Of a stretch of 64,000 bases of DNA, positions 49,428 through 61,196 are shown one piece after another (positions within the stretch are counted from its first letter, which is position 1; each line of letters opens with the position of its first letter). The notes under the pieces were generated by a model. That model saw nothing but the letters and a program-made list of their open reading frames with translations. It ran no database searches and was not told the origin of the DNA. The position numbers and the translations under genes are program-made. The DNA comes from Clostridia bacterium (GTDB taxonomy: Bacteria; Bacillota; Clostridia; UBA1212; DUPL01): the NCBI GenBank assembly GCA_050951325.1, contig JBMNIW010000006.1, positions 1-64,000 on the forward strand. The letters are read 5' to 3'.

Positions 49428-49898
49428 TTTCTTTCCGAAAAGACCTTTCTTCAAGGTCTTAATTTTTTTGAATCCCATTTTGGTATAGAGTTTTACCGCC
49501 CTTAAATTGTCCGCTTCTGCGGTAAGTCTTATACCATCATCAGGAAAATGCTTTTTTGCAAATTCAATTGCAGCAAGAACCAGATACTTGCCTATCCCTT
49601 TGCCGCACAAATCCGGCCTTAATCCAAATGCTATGTCGGTATAACTCTCATCGTCATATATTTTGCCTTTATTCCCTATTCTTATCTGGGCGGAAGGACC
49701 CAAGGCAACAAACCCGTAAAGCTCGTTGTTAAACCTGTTTACAACAGCAAAATGAAGTCCGTTCATTATGTCAAGATACTCCGCTTCATTGCCTGCAAAA
49801 CTGTAGTTTTCATATGGAGAGGGATACCTCCAATTGGAGATATCCCTTGCATACGTTTCAGTCATATCACAAACTATGAAATCAATATCCTGATGCAT
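49404..49898 (-). CDS. GNAT-family N-acetyltransferase
   Basis: GLRPDLCGKGIG, NLRAVKLYTKMGF. Confidence 0.9.
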   Translation of the reverse strand: MHQDIDFIVCDMTETYARDISNWRYPSPYENYSFAGNEAEYLDIMNGLHFAVVNRFNNELYGFVALGPSAQIRIGNKGKIYDDESYTDIAFGLRPDLCGKGIGKYLVLAAIEFAKKHFPDDGIRLTAEADNLRAVKLYTKMGFKKIKTLKKGLFGKKLVIMALE

Positions 49899-49901
49899 AT
49901 T

Positions 49902-50441
49902 TTAATAGTTGCTCTTCATAATTTCAAAGTGAGCCCGTGGATGCTTGCAGGATGGGCAAACTTCTGGAGCTTCTTTTCCTTCGTGTACATAACCGCAGTT
50001 CCTGCACTGCCACCTTACAACCTCGTCCCTCTTGAATACTTGTCCATTTTGAATGTTATCCAAAAGTTTCTGATATCTCTTCTCATGCTCATACTCAACT
50101 TCAGCTATTTTTCTGAAAGTAAATGCAACTTCAGTGTAGCCTTCCTCTTCTGCTATCTCTGCAAATCCCTTATACATCTCAGACCATTCATAGTTCTCAC
50201 CTGCAATTGCATCTTTCAGGTTCTCGATAGTATCCTTGATTCCATCAATATACTTATACTCAAGCTTGGCATGTTCTTTTTCCTGATTTGCAGTTTCCTC
50301 AAAAATTGCTGCAATCTGTTCATAACCCTCTTTTTTTGCAACACTTGCGTAGTAAGTATACTTATTCCTCGCCATGGATTCGCCAGCAAATGCAGCCATC
50401 AGATTAGCATAAGTTTTGCTGTCCTTTGATACTTTCTTCAT
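49902..50441 (-). CDS. rbr: Rubrerythrin
   Basis: [19 protein letters not shown]-terminal CRNC..CPSC. Confidence 0.95.
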   Translation of the reverse strand: MKKVSKDSKTYANLMAAFAGESMARNKYTYYASVAKKEGYEQIAAIFEETANQEKEHAKLEYKYIDGIKDTIENLKDAIAGENYEWSEMYKGFAEIAEEEGYTEVAFTFRKIAEVEYEHEKRYQKLLDNIQNGQVFKRDEVVRWQCRNCGYVHEGKEAPEVCPSCKHPRAHFEIMKSNY

Positions 50442-50507
50442 CTAAGAAACCTCCTTAAATACATTTTTATGGATACATAATACCATACTTCATTTAAAAT
50501 GTAAAAA

Positions 50508-50924
50508 TTACTCACCAATTATCTTAACCAATACCCTTTTGTTTCGTTTTCCGTCAAACTCTCCGTAAAATATCTGCTCCCATGGACCCAAGTCAAGTTC
50601 TCCATTTGTAACTGCCACTACAACTTCCCTGCCCATAACGCTTCGCTTAAGGTGAGCGTCCGCATTGTCTTCAAATCCATTATGCCTGTACTGGCTGTAA
50701 GGTTTTTCAGGTGCAAGCTTTTCAAGCCACACTTCCAAATCATGATGCAAACCACTTTCATCATCGTTAATGAACACACTGGCAGTTATGTGCATGGCAT
50801 TAACAAGACACAACCCTTCCTTAATGCCGCTGTCTCTTAGGCACTCCTCAACATCTCTTGTAATGTTTATGAACTCCCTTCTCTTCTTGACATTAAACCA
50901 TAATTCCTTTCTGTATGACTTCAA
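50508..50924 (-). CDS. yjbQ: YjbQ-family protein (secondary thiamine-phosphate synthase)
   Basis: [31 protein letters not shown]. Confidence 0.9.
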   Translation of the reverse strand: MKSYRKELWFNVKKRREFINITRDVEECLRDSGIKEGLCLVNAMHITASVFINDDESGLHHDLEVWLEKLAPEKPYSQYRHNGFEDNADAHLKRSVMGREVVVAVTNGELDLGPWEQIFYGEFDGKRNKRVLVKIIGE

Positions 50925-51074
50925 TTTAATCCCTCCTTACCCCTCTATTATACCAGACAAACTATAAAATCAAATATTTTAGGCTAAATTTATACATTTG
51001 TTATCACTTTTATTTTGCTGTGACATAAATTTGTGTTAAAATAACGGTGAAAGAACAAGGAGGACAAACATCTG

Positions 51075-52928
51075 ATGAAGAAAAAGAAAAGAACGCCCAT
51101 TTTGATATACTACATCATAGCATTAGTTGTAATAATCTTGATTAATGCAGTTTTGATTCCAAAGCTTAGAGAGCCGGAAATTGTTAAAATTGAATACAAC
51201 GAATTTATAGAAATGATTGAGGAAGGTAAAATTTCCAAAGTTGAAATAGATGAACGCAAAATACGTATAGAACCCAAGGAGCAAAAAGGCGTCAGAAAAC
51301 TTTACTACGAAACAGGAAGACCAAACATATCCCACAACGCCTTGATTGATCTTCTTCTTGAAGCAGACATTGACTTTAAGTTCCCCATTCAGGAAGAAAC
51401 CTCCATGCTTATGTATCTGTTCATCAACTTCCTGCCTATTCTAGTTCTGATTGGTGCTTCCTACTTCATATTCAGAAGTGCCAGCAAGAGAATGGGCGGA
51501 GGAGTAATGAACTTCGGTAAGAGCACAGGCAAAATATATGCAGAGAGGGAAACAGGCAAGACCTTTGATGACGTAGCTGGTCAGGATGAGGCTAAAAGAT
51601 CCTTGGTTGAGATAATTGACTTCCTCAACAACCCTGAGAAATACAGTAAAATAGGGGCAAAGCTGCCAAAAGGAGCCCTTCTGGTAGGACCTCCTGGTAC
51701 AGGTAAAACCTTGCTTGCAAAAGCAGTTGCTGGTGAAGCCAAAGTGCCTTTTTTCTCCCTTTCCGGATCGGAATTTGTCGAAATGTTTGTAGGTGTGGGG
51801 GCAGCAAGAGTCAGGGATCTTTTTAAACAGGCTGTTGCAAACGCTCCATGCATTATCTTCATAGATGAGATAGATGCGATAGGTAAAAGCAGAGACAACG
51901 CAATAGGAAGCAACGACGAAAGGGAGCAGACTTTGAACCAGCTGCTTTCAGAAATGGACGGCTTTGACTCGTCAAAAGGAGTAGTCATTCTTGCAGCTAC
52001 TAACAGACCCGAGGTTCTGGACAAGGCCTTGTTGAGGCCTGGAAGATTTGACAGAAGAATAACCGTAGATCTACCTGATATGGAAGGCCGAAAAGCTATA
52101 CTTAAAGTTCACGCCCGTGGTGTAAAAATGGATGAAAATGTTGACTTTGACGTTGTGGCAAGGTCGACACCAGGCGCATCAGGCGCGGACCTCGAAAACA
52201 TAATTAACGAAGCAGCATTGAGAGCTGTTAGAGCCAACAAAAACATTGTAACCCAAAAAGAACTTGAAGAAGCCGCTGAGGTAATTCTGGCAGGCGAAGA
52301 AAAGAAGAGCACTGTCCTTTCCGAAAAGGAAAAATGGATAGTTTCATACCATGAGATTGGCCACGCTCTTGTGTCAGCTCTTCTAAAAAATACCGCACCC
52401 GTTCACAAGATTACAATTATTCCAAGAACTTCAGGTGCACTAGGTTACACAATGCAGATAGAAGAACAGGAAAAGTACCTCATTACAAAAGAGGAAATCC
52501 TCGACAGAATCACGGTTCTGGCTGGCGGCAGGGCTTCTGAGCTAGTACAGTTCGGAACTGCAACAACAGGCGCTGCAAACGACATAGAAAGAGCTACCCA
52601 CATTGCAAGAGCAATGGTAACAATGTATGGAATGAGCGATGAGTTTGGTTTTGTCAAGCTTGAAAAGAAAACGAATCCATTCCTGTCAGACGATGTTGCA
52701 GGCAGCTATTCTGAAGAAACTGCAGCTAAAGTGGATGAGGAAACCAGAAGCATTGTCAACTCATGCCTTAACAAGGCAATTGACCTTCTTAAAGACAAAA
52801 AGGAAGTATTGGACAAACTAAGCAAGATTCTATTCGAAAAAGAAACAATTACCGGTACGGAATTTATAGAGCTTCTGAAACAGGAAAACATCCATGTGAC
52901 ACCGGAAGATGTAAAAGAAAATAAATAG
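51075..52928 (+). CDS. ftsH: ATP-dependent zinc metalloprotease FtsH
   Basis: Two [29 protein letters not shown]. Confidence 0.95.
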   Translation: MKKKKRTPILIYYIIALVVIILINAVLIPKLREPEIVKIEYNEFIEMIEEGKISKVEIDERKIRIEPKEQKGVRKLYYETGRPNISHNALIDLLLEADIDFKFPIQEETSMLMYLFINFLPILVLIGASYFIFRSASKRMGGGVMNFGKSTGKIYAERETGKTFDDVAGQDEAKRSLVEIIDFLNNPEKYSKIGAKLPKGALLVGPPGTGKTLLAKAVAGEAKVPFFSLSGSEFVEMFVGVGAARVRDLFKQAVANAPCIIFIDEIDAIGKSRDNAIGSNDEREQTLNQLLSEMDGFDSSKGVVILAATNRPEVLDKALLRPGRFDRRITVDLPDMEGRKAILKVHARGVKMDENVDFDVVARSTPGASGADLENIINEAALRAVRANKNIVTQKELEEAAEVILAGEEKKSTVLSEKEKWIVSYHEIGHALVSALLKNTAPVHKITIIPRTSGALGYTMQIEEQEKYLITKEEILDRITVLAGGRASELVQFGTATTGAANDIERATHIARAMVTMYGMSDEFGFVKLEKKTNPFLSDDVAGSYSEETAAKVDEETRSIVNSCLNKAIDLLKDKKEVLDKLSKILFEKETITGTEFIELLKQENIHVTPEDVKENK

Positions 52929-52933
52929 GGAAA

Positions 52934-52963
52934 TTAAAGGGGCTAGATAAAACAGCCCCTTTA
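52934..52963. terminator. Intrinsic terminator
   Basis: TTAAAGGGGCT / AGCCCCTTTAA. Confidence 0.75.
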
Positions 52964-53133
52964 ACAATTCTTCAACGGTGTTTTTATCGTTCCATGTATG
53001 GATATAACATCATATGCTGAGATGATTGGATTTCCAAACAGATCAACGAAAGCGGAGTAATACTGCCCATCAAGCTCTTTCATACCTGGTGCGTGCTTTG
53101 TAAAATTCGTATTCCAATACGCTCCGGAAAACA

Positions 53134-54075
53134 TCAATATTTTGATAAGTACCTATATTCTCTTAATTTCGCAATGATTTCCTTTTCACGTTCATCCCTT
53201 GTTGAAAGATTCTTTTCTGTGATAATCCTGTGAAAAGCTTTTGCTGCTCTTTCCGCATCAGGGTATTCAGATATGGTGTCGTTCTGTGGATGCATTTCCA
53301 GAAGTCCTGTAAAAATATCACACGCACCAAGGTACAGCTCATTTACATTTTCATTGTCCTCCAATGCTTTTTCAAGAGCGTTTGCCATTTTCCCTTTTAT
53401 AGCACACACATTCGACAGATATGAAAGACCTATACTGTTCTTGCATCCTTTTGTAAGAACATAGAACCTTGATTCTTCCTTGTCATAGTCAAGCTCATAC
53501 ACAGCACTTATCTTACCCCATCCGTTCAAATGCTCCAGAAGCTCAAGAATAAAATCGTTAGCGTCTTTAAGAACATTCTTTACAGCTACAACAGCATACA
53601 AGGTAAACTCCTCATGACTTCCAAGAACTTTTAAAATATCAGCATCTTCCTCTTTTCCAGACTGCCCAAGGAGTGCTATTCCCATCTTCAACACTTCCCT
53701 TCTATCGGTCTTGTATATAATCTCAAGGGCAGTATTTCTCATCTTTTCCTTGTCGCTCGTTGATAGAAAAGACAAAACAGGGTCGGCAATGGAAATGGCT
53801 GCATACTTAAACAAAGTTCTGCACATTTTCTCAAAGTTTTTATCAGTGGGATTCTTCATATGCCGCTTTATGACCCGAGAAATATGAAAGTTCACAATAC
53901 TGTATTGCTTTATTGCAAAATCACTCCTAAGAAGTATGCCTTCATATGCTCCCGGAACCCAAATCTCATCTTCGGAAAGGCTCATGTCTCCCGCATCAGG
54001 CAGGGAGACACAACCATCCTTAACATATCCTTTTTCATCCGTGTTCTGCTTCAAAAACTCATATATCGATTTCAT
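53134..54075 (-). CDS. Hypothetical alpha-helical-repeat protein downstream of pheT
   Basis: 313-aa ORF 4 bp after pheT; KMGIALLG, LGSHEEFTLYA, GWGKISAV. Confidence 0.7.
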   Translation of the reverse strand: MKSIYEFLKQNTDEKGYVKDGCVSLPDAGDMSLSEDEIWVPGAYEGILLRSDFAIKQYSIVNFHISRVIKRHMKNPTDKNFEKMCRTLFKYAAISIADPVLSFLSTSDKEKMRNTALEIIYKTDRREVLKMGIALLGQSGKEEDADILKVLGSHEEFTLYAVVAVKNVLKDANDFILELLEHLNGWGKISAVYELDYDKEESRFYVLTKGCKNSIGLSYLSNVCAIKGKMANALEKALEDNENVNELYLGACDIFTGLLEMHPQNDTISEYPDAERAAKAFHRIITEKNLSTRDEREKEIIAKLREYRYLSKY

Positions 54076-54079
54076 TTTA

Positions 54080-56515
54080 CTAATTCCTTATCTCAGCACT
54101 CAATATGGTGTTAAGTCCGTTGAGTATCTTGTTCATAACCTTGTTGACGTCCTCGTCAGTCAGAGTCCTTTCATTATCTCTAAATGATAGAGAATATGCA
54201 AGGCTCTTCTTTCCTTTTGGAACCTGCGGTCCGTCATAATAGTCAAACAGAACAAGCTCTTCAAGAACCTTTCCTCCTCTTTGCAATATAACTTTTTCAA
54301 CATCGTTTGCAGGCACTTCCTTGTCAACCACAATCGCAAGGTCCCTTGCTACTGCAGGGAACTTGGGAAGTTCCTTGTAAGTTGGAATAAGAATCGCCGC
54401 CTCTATTACAGGCTCCAGTTCTACAAATGCAAGATATGTGTTCTCGGGACATTCAAAATTCTCACATACCTTTGGATGCACCTTGCCTATCAAGCCTGCT
54501 TCCCTACCGTTAATAAATACTTTTGCACACATGCCTGGATGCATGTATGGCTGATCCTTACATGCTGCAAAAGAATAATCCTTAATCTTCAAAGAATCCA
54601 GCAAAGCCTCCAAATCTCCCTTTATGTCAAAGAAAGACATGTCACCATAAGCTGCAAGACTTAAAAGTTCCTTGTGATTTGGAAGCTCGTTAACATCTTC
54701 CTTCTTCTCATAAACATAGGATATCTCAAACACGCTTACGGATTCATTGCGCTTTGCATGATTCAAACTCAAAATCTTTAACATGCTCGGAGCCATCGAG
54801 GTCCTCATAACGCTGAAATCTTCTCCAAGAGGATTGGAAATGACAACAGCATTTCTCAAAGGACTGTCATTTGGCAAATTCAACATGTCAAAAACAGAAG
54901 AACTTTCAAAAGAGAAGGTTAGAGCTTCGTAATAACCAAGACCTTTTGCAGAATTTCTTATCATGTCTGAAATCGTCTGTCTTCTGTTCTTTCTTCCCAA
55001 AGTTGTTTCACATCCAGTAAGCAGCCTGGTATCTATATTATTGTATCCATAGAATCTGGCTATTTCTTCGGAAAGATCCGCTCCACAAACAATATCCGGT
55101 CTGAAGTGAGGCGGTACCACATAGTCGTCAAACACTTTGAACTCAAGACTTGTTAGAATCTCCGCCATTCTTTCCCTGGGTATTTCCGTACCCAATAATC
55201 CATTTATTCTCTCTACATTAAATGGAACCTTTCTCTCCTCATATGGAACGGGGTAGCAGTCTACAGTACCTTTAAGAACTTTGCCAGCACCTAAAAGTTC
55301 CACAAGCTGCGCTGCTCTTTCCATGGCCATTGCACAAGTTATTGCGTTTAGTCCCTTTTCAAACCTTGAAGAGGATTCCGTTCTCATGCCAAGTTTTTTA
55401 GCAGCCATTCTGATAGAAACAGGTTCGAACAACGCTGCCTCAAAAATAACTTCCTTAGTATCATCCATAACACCTGAGTTCTCTCCGCCCATGACACCAG
55501 CAACTGCAATAGGGCCTTCCTTGTCTGCAATTACCAGAGTGGATGAATCAAAAAACCTTTCGATACCGTCAAGAGTCATCATAGTCTCACCGTTTTTTGC
55601 ACGGCGCACTATTATCTCATCACCTCTTACAAATCTTCTGTCAAATGCATGCATGGGGTGTCCAAACTCAAGCATGACATAATTTGTGATGTCGACTATA
55701 TTGTTAATAGCTCTTATGCCTGCATGCTGCAGTCTGTCCCTCATCCATTTGGGAGATGGTCCAATCTTTACATCAGTAACAACTCTTGCAATGTATCGCG
55801 AGCAAAGGTCCGAATCTTCTATTCTAACCGCAATACGTTTTTTCGCCTCTTCGTCTCCTTCTTCCTTAACCACGATTTCAGGTGCAATATATTTTTTATT
55901 CATGGTAACTGCAGCTTCTCTTGCCAGACCTGTAATGCTGAAACAGTCAGGCCTGTTGGAGGTTACCTCAAACTCAATAACGCTTTCATCTGCACCCAAA
56001 ACCTTCATAATGTCTCTTCCAACCAGCTGGTCCAGCTCCTCTTCTGTCATATCCTTAAAGTCTTCCAGATCCTGAAGAATAATGACGCCATCATCAGTAC
56101 CTCCGGGATAATCTTCATAATCAAGACCAAGCTCCTCAAACGAGCACATCATGCCTTCAGATACTTCCCCTCTTAATTTACCCTTCTTTATCTTAAGACC
56201 ATTCGTCAAGGTTGCTCCGTCCAAGGCAACAGGAATGAATCCACCGACTCTGGCATTGGGTGCTCCTGTTACAACCTGCAGAATATTGTCTTCTCCTACA
56301 AGCATTTTGCAGATTACCAAATGGTCGGAGTTCTCATGAGGGTATAACTCAATGCATTTCCCTACAACGACCTTGCTAATCTCATCAGCCTTGTTTTCGA
56401 TACCCTCCACCTTGGTACCACTCATGGTCATGTCCGATGCAAACTTAAGTATGTCTTCCTTGTTTTCTATCTCAATATCCGTATAGCTAACCAGCCACTT
56501 CAAAGGTGCTTTCAT
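54080..56515 (-). CDS. pheT: Phenylalanine-tRNA ligase beta subunit
   Basis: SEGMMCS, TSNRPDC, VDITNYVMLE, RFEKG, RDLAIVV, KKSLAY. Confidence 0.98.
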   Translation of the reverse strand: MKAPLKWLVSYTDIEIENKEDILKFASDMTMSGTKVEGIENKADEISKVVVGKCIELYPHENSDHLVICKMLVGEDNILQVVTGAPNARVGGFIPVALDGATLTNGLKIKKGKLRGEVSEGMMCSFEELGLDYEDYPGGTDDGVIILQDLEDFKDMTEEELDQLVGRDIMKVLGADESVIEFEVTSNRPDCFSITGLAREAAVTMNKKYIAPEIVVKEEGDEEAKKRIAVRIEDSDLCSRYIARVVTDVKIGPSPKWMRDRLQHAGIRAINNIVDITNYVMLEFGHPMHAFDRRFVRGDEIIVRRAKNGETMMTLDGIERFFDSSTLVIADKEGPIAVAGVMGGENSGVMDDTKEVIFEAALFEPVSIRMAAKKLGMRTESSSRFEKGLNAITCAMAMERAAQLVELLGAGKVLKGTVDCYPVPYEERKVPFNVERINGLLGTEIPRERMAEILTSLEFKVFDDYVVPPHFRPDIVCGADLSEEIARFYGYNNIDTRLLTGCETTLGRKNRRQTISDMIRNSAKGLGYYEALTFSFESSSVFDMLNLPNDSPLRNAVVISNPLGEDFSVMRTSMAPSMLKILSLNHAKRNESVSVFEISYVYEKKEDVNELPNHKELLSLAAYGDMSFFDIKGDLEALLDSLKIKDYSFAACKDQPYMHPGMCAKVFINGREAGLIGKVHPKVCENFECPENTYLAFVELEPVIEAAILIPTYKELPKFPAVARDLAIVVDKEVPANDVEKVILQRGGKVLEELVLFDYYDGPQVPKGKKSLAYSLSFRDNERTLTDEDVNKVMNKILNGLNTILSAEIRN

Positions 56516-56532
56516 AAATATCTTCCTTTCTA

Positions 56533-57552
56533 TTAGAACTGTTTCAGAAAACGAACGTCGTTTTCAAAAAATTCCCTCATATCCGTTACGCCGAACCTGG
56601 CCATGGCGGTTCTTTCAATTCCAATACCAAAAGCAAAACCACTGTAAACATCGGGGTCTATTCCACATCTTCTCAACACTTCGGGATGCACCATTCCGCA
56701 GCCCAGAACTTCTATATAGCCTTCGCCTTTACACATGCTGCAGCCTTCCCCTTTGCAAGTCCAGCAGGATACGTCCATTTCCGCCGAAGGTTCGGTAAAC
56801 GGGAAATGGTGGGGTCTGAATCTGACTTTTACATCGCTTCCAAACATGCTCTTTGCATATATCTCCAGCGTACCTTTCAAGTCTCCCATGGTTACGCCTT
56901 TGTCAACAACCAAACCTTCCAGCTGATGGAAGATTGGCGAATGGGTTGCATCCACATTGTCGGATCTGTACACCTTTCCAGGGCAGATAATTTTAATTGG
57001 AGGTTTCTTGTTCTCCATAACCCTTATCTGAACGCTGGAAGTCTGTGTTCTTAGAAGTATCTTCTCGGTGATATAAAAGGTGTCCTGAGTGTCTCTTGCA
57101 GGATGACCTTCCGGAATATTCAAAGCCTCAAAGTTATAGTAGTCGTACTCAACCTCGGGGCCGTCTGCAATTTCGTAACCCATTCCGATAAACACATTCT
57201 TCATCTCGTCAATTACCTGGTTGAGAGGGTGCAAGCCTCCAACTCTCCTCTTTGTTCCAGGCATGGTTACGTCAATTGTTTCACTGGCCAGTTTTGCTTC
57301 CAGTTCCTTTTCCTTGAGTTCCCTGGTCCTTGACGTGATAATGGACTCCATATAATCTCTTATCTCATTCGCCTTCTGACCAATTTTAGGTCTTTCCTCA
57401 GGACTCAGACTTCCCATACCGCGCAGAACCGCAGTCAAGGCACCCTTCTTGCCCATGTAGGCAACACGAAGTTTTTCAACTTCTGCAACATTATCCGCTT
57501 CGTTTATTTTCTCTGCAAACTCTTGTCTTATCTTTTCAAGTTGTTCAAGCAT
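56533..57552 (-). CDS. pheS: Phenylalanine-tRNA ligase alpha subunit
   Basis: [33 protein letters not shown]. Confidence 0.98.
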   Translation of the reverse strand: MLEQLEKIRQEFAEKINEADNVAEVEKLRVAYMGKKGALTAVLRGMGSLSPEERPKIGQKANEIRDYMESIITSRTRELKEKELEAKLASETIDVTMPGTKRRVGGLHPLNQVIDEMKNVFIGMGYEIADGPEVEYDYYNFEALNIPEGHPARDTQDTFYITEKILLRTQTSSVQIRVMENKKPPIKIICPGKVYRSDNVDATHSPIFHQLEGLVVDKGVTMGDLKGTLEIYAKSMFGSDVKVRFRPHHFPFTEPSAEMDVSCWTCKGEGCSMCKGEGYIEVLGCGMVHPEVLRRCGIDPDVYSGFAFGIGIERTAMARFGVTDMREFFENDVRFLKQF

Positions 57553-57571
57553 ATATTAATCCCTCCAAAAA

Positions 57572-57850
57572 TAAATCCCTTGCAAAAATGCAAGGGACGA
57601 TTTTACCGCGGTACCACCCAAGTTCATAACACAAGCAACTCCAATATATGAGAATATATCAGAGTTGTTGTAATCTATGCACTCATTAAAAGATGTAACG
57701 GTCTTGACCGGAAACCCCTACTTTGGCGTAACGCTGTTCAGGGCTCAGCTCCAGAGCGAACTTCATAAACCTTTAGAAGCAGATGATTTCACCTTGCCAT
57801 CCTCTCTATAGCTCCTAAAAGACTTACTACTCCTCTCCTTCACAGCCTTT
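57572..57850 (-). promoter_or_regulatory. T-box riboswitch (Phe specifier)
   Basis: T-box TGGGTGGTACCGCG, terminator TCCCTTGCA/TGCAAGGGA, AGTA and AG boxes, specifier GAAG-TTC-GC. Confidence 0.9.
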
Positions 57851-57898
57851 AAAATATTGATTTTTACCAATATACATTATTTATAATCAAAAGTCAAA

Positions 57899-59851
57899 CT
57901 ATATTCTGCCGCTGCCAAGATTGGTTAAAAACGCAGTACATGGACCTGCCTGGGTAAACATTATGCTGAAGTCCGAAGAACCGTTTGTATTGGCCAGCTT
58001 CAGAACTATTCTATTCATTCCCTTCTTGAGAGGAACATCCAGCTTATGAATATTCTCAGGAGTCCAGTGCTCTGTAGAATCGCTGTATGCAATCAGGTTG
58101 CCGTCCATCCACATGCGGAACACATCACTGTGGCCAATTTGTATACAGGCATTCATATCTTCGGGAGCATACAGATCTCTTACCATGTAAACTACACAAG
58201 GACCAGAGAAACCGAACAGATCCTTGAAACTGAACTTATCCTCATACAAGTTTACAGGGAACCCCTGATAAGCCGGGTCATCCACCAGTTCTCCCGACAA
58301 TGGCTTGTTGCCCAAAAGCTGATCCTCCAGATATTCTTTCTGCCAGTCAGCCTTCATATTAATATGGAACTGCCTAATTTTTGTAGAACCCTCATCCTTT
58401 GTCTTTGCTCCTCCTAGTCCTGCATAATATGATTCGTTTGCTTTAGGTGGAGCAACATATGTGGTATTCTCCCAGAAAGGACCGTAAACCTTCCACAATG
58501 CAGCTCCAGCAAGACCAAAGCTTTCCCTGAAAGTGTCATTATTGTCAAGAGTTATGGTCGCAGTAATTATGTTCTTGTTCATAAGAACCGGGATATCCTT
58601 ACTTACCGATACGGTAATGTCTATACCTGAATTGAACATGCCAATTCTGAATTTCTTTTCCTGAGGCTTTACCGAAAATCCTTCAGGTGCTGTAAACTTT
58701 AATGTTCCCGTTGCTTTTATCTTATTATTGGTATCCAAGTGTATTGTTATGTTCTTGCTCTCTCCTGGTGCAATTGCAGGTATACCATCGTTGTATACAA
58801 CCCTGAAGTTGATGGGTAATGAAGGCCTGCCTTCCATTACAGGCACCTTGTCTTCAGGATAACCCTTTATGTTCACCTTCTTGTTCTTGTCAAGGAACAA
58901 AAGAGCTGCAAAAGCGGTGTCTTCAGCCAGATCATAAACCTTGTCTGATCTTCTGGTAACATTAACCCCCAGCTTGAAGGTCTGCTCTTTTAGGTCATAG
59001 TCTTTCATAAGCTTCTTGCCGCCTTCAATGATACCTATAATGGCACCAACAGTGGCGCATGTGCAGTCCGTATCAAAACCACAGTTAAGAGCCAGCATTA
59101 CGCTGTCCATGAAATGGCCCTTGCCCAAAAGAAGAGCCATGAGTGTGATTCCTATGTTCTGATACATGTTTGTACAGTCAGCGTGTCCGTAATCACGTAG
59201 AATTCTTCCAAATACATATCTCCAGTTGTCGGACTGATCACACCAGTCAACAACCTTGCTTACAAGCTCGTACACTCTTGATTTTTCATCTATGTAGTCA
59301 AGAGCTCTAATAACCAAAGGCTTGATATCCCATTTGTCAGTAAACGCAAGAGATTCAAGAGCGGCCAGATACTGCTCGGCAATGATAGACTCACCGTAGT
59401 GATCAAGACATCCGTCCATAGCCGCCAGCTCTGTAGCAAGTTTCGCATCTCCCGGTGCAAGGCATGCCCAGATTTCAGAGCGGATAGGACAGCCCATTCC
59501 TTCAATATAGTAGTTGTTATTAAACTTACCTGAAAGAGGAGGCATTATGCCAAGATCGTAGTTTTTTCTAAAAGTCGCATACTCTCCAGGCGAATAGTCG
59601 CACAGATTAAAGAAAGCTTCTGCCAAATCCAAAGATGTGAAGTTTGTGCCTTTCTTTTCAATAACATCAAGCCACAACACCTGCAAATCGAGGTCGTCAT
59701 TTGGAAGCATGTTGTCAATCATTGAAGGCGTATACTCCACATTCATTATTCCCTTGTAACCTTCATAAGGTGCTCCGATTGTTCCAGCAACACATTTGCC
59801 TATCCAACAACCATATACCTTGTCTACAAACTCATCCCATTTTAGTGTCAT
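57899..59851 (-). CDS. ADP-ribosylglycohydrolase-family protein with C-terminal beta-sandwich extension
   Basis: GTIGAPYEG, PNDDLD, MGCPIRSE, GFDTDCTCATVGAI. Confidence 0.85.
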   Translation of the reverse strand: MTLKWDEFVDKVYGCWIGKCVAGTIGAPYEGYKGIMNVEYTPSMIDNMLPNDDLDLQVLWLDVIEKKGTNFTSLDLAEAFFNLCDYSPGEYATFRKNYDLGIMPPLSGKFNNNYYIEGMGCPIRSEIWACLAPGDAKLATELAAMDGCLDHYGESIIAEQYLAALESLAFTDKWDIKPLVIRALDYIDEKSRVYELVSKVVDWCDQSDNWRYVFGRILRDYGHADCTNMYQNIGITLMALLLGKGHFMDSVMLALNCGFDTDCTCATVGAIIGIIEGGKKLMKDYDLKEQTFKLGVNVTRRSDKVYDLAEDTAFAALLFLDKNKKVNIKGYPEDKVPVMEGRPSLPINFRVVYNDGIPAIAPGESKNITIHLDTNNKIKATGTLKFTAPEGFSVKPQEKKFRIGMFNSGIDITVSVSKDIPVLMNKNIITATITLDNNDTFRESFGLAGAALWKVYGPFWENTTYVAPPKANESYYAGLGGAKTKDEGSTKIRQFHINMKADWQKEYLEDQLLGNKPLSGELVDDPAYQGFPVNLYEDKFSFKDLFGFSGPCVVYMVRDLYAPEDMNACIQIGHSDVFRMWMDGNLIAYSDSTEHWTPENIHKLDVPLKKGMNRIVLKLANTNGSSDFSIMFTQAGPCTAFLTNLGSGRI

Positions 59852-60071
59852 TTTTAAATCCTCCACTACCACATTATAATTTTATGCATATATTCTATAC
59901 ATTTTTCAGTAGTATATCAACTTTTCTTTATATTTACAACGATTTGTTTTACTTTTGTTCCTTAATTTGTGATAAAATACAACAGAAACAACACTTAATC
60001 CACATGTTGATTATCTTGTGTTGATAATCAAAAATAAATAATACATTGGAATAAAGGAGAGGACATGCAAA

Positions 60072-61196
60072 ATGACAATCAGAGAAAATGTAATGGCAAT
60101 ACTGAATTATGAAAAATTTGAGAGAATGCCAATTATTGCGTTCGGCTACTGGGCGGAAACCGTTGACAAATGGGCTGAAGAAGGCCATATTTCCAAAGAA
60201 GATGCTGAAAACTACAAAAGATATGGCGACAACGGACCTGGAGACAAGGCGATAATGAGCAAGCTGGGATTTGACTATGCCTGGAATCCCCAAGTTGCAG
60301 GCCACCACTTTTTATACCCTGCATTCGAAACTACCGTTCTCGAAGTAGAAGAAGACGGCAGCCAAATCATGAGAGATTCTGCAGGCCTCATAGTAAAAGT
60401 AAAACCGGGTGTTGTCTCAATACCCTCTGAAATTGGCACAACCCTTACGGACAGAGAGGCCTGGGAAGAGCATTACTTGCCAAAACTGCAGTATACGGAC
60501 AACAGAGTCAACATCGAAGCTATAAAAGCAGTTCGCAAAAACCATCCAAAGGATCTTCCCTTTGGAATCCACTGCGGCTCACTTATGGGAAACATAAGGA
60601 ACATGCTTGGAGTTTTGCAGCTCAGTTACCTCTATGTGGATGATGAAGACCTATATACTGAAATAATTGATACGTTTGGAGACCTCTGCTACAAAGTTGC
60701 AAAGAGAATTGTTGAAACTGGCATTGAAATTGACTATGCACACTTCTGGGAGGACATATGCTACAAGAACGGTCCGTTGGTAACTCCTTCAGTATTTGAA
60801 GAGAAAGTCGGGCCTCATTACAAGAGAATCACCGACCTTTTGAAAAAGCATAATATAAACATAGTTTCATTGGACTGCGACGGATGTATAGATTCACTTG
60901 TTCCAATCTGGGTTGAAAATGGAGTCAACACCATGTTCCCAATTGAAGTTGGAACCTGGAAGGCAGACATAAGGCCTTGGAGAGAAAAATACGGCAAGGA
61001 ACTTAGAGGCATCGGTGGAATGAACAAGAACGTATTTGCAATGGATAAGAAGGCAGTGGAAGAAGAAGTCGAAAGACTAAAAGCACTTGTTTCCCTTGGA
61101 GGATACATACCTTGCCCGGATCACAGAATTCCACCTACTGCGGACTTCTCACTAGTTGCATATTACTGCGAGCTGATGGCAAAAACAACCTTCTAA
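60072..61196 (+). CDS. Uroporphyrinogen decarboxylase (URO-D/MtaA) superfamily protein
   Basis: FWEDICYKNGPLV, DCDG, GGYIPCPDHRIPP. Confidence 0.85.
   Translation: MTIRENVMAILNYEKFERMPIIAFGYWAETVDKWAEEGHISKEDAENYKRYGDNGPGDKAIMSKLGFDYAWNPQVAGHHFLYPAFETTVLEVEEDGSQIMRDSAGLIVKVKPGVVSIPSEIGTTLTDREAWEEHYLPKLQYTDNRVNIEAIKAVRKNHPKDLPFGIHCGSLMGNIRNMLGVLQLSYLYVDDEDLYTEIIDTFGDLCYKVAKRIVETGIEIDYAHFWEDICYKNGPLVTPSVFEEKVGPHYKRITDLLKKHNINIVSLDCDGCIDSLVPIWVENGVNTMFPIEVGTWKADIRPWREKYGKELRGIGGMNKNVFAMDKKAVEEEVERLKALVSLGGYIPCPDHRIPPTADFSLVAYYCELMAKTTF

Noticed and set aside
52960-53133. ~57-codon minus-strand ORF after the pheT-linked gene
   Set aside because: No recognisable motif or RBS; runs into the terminator.
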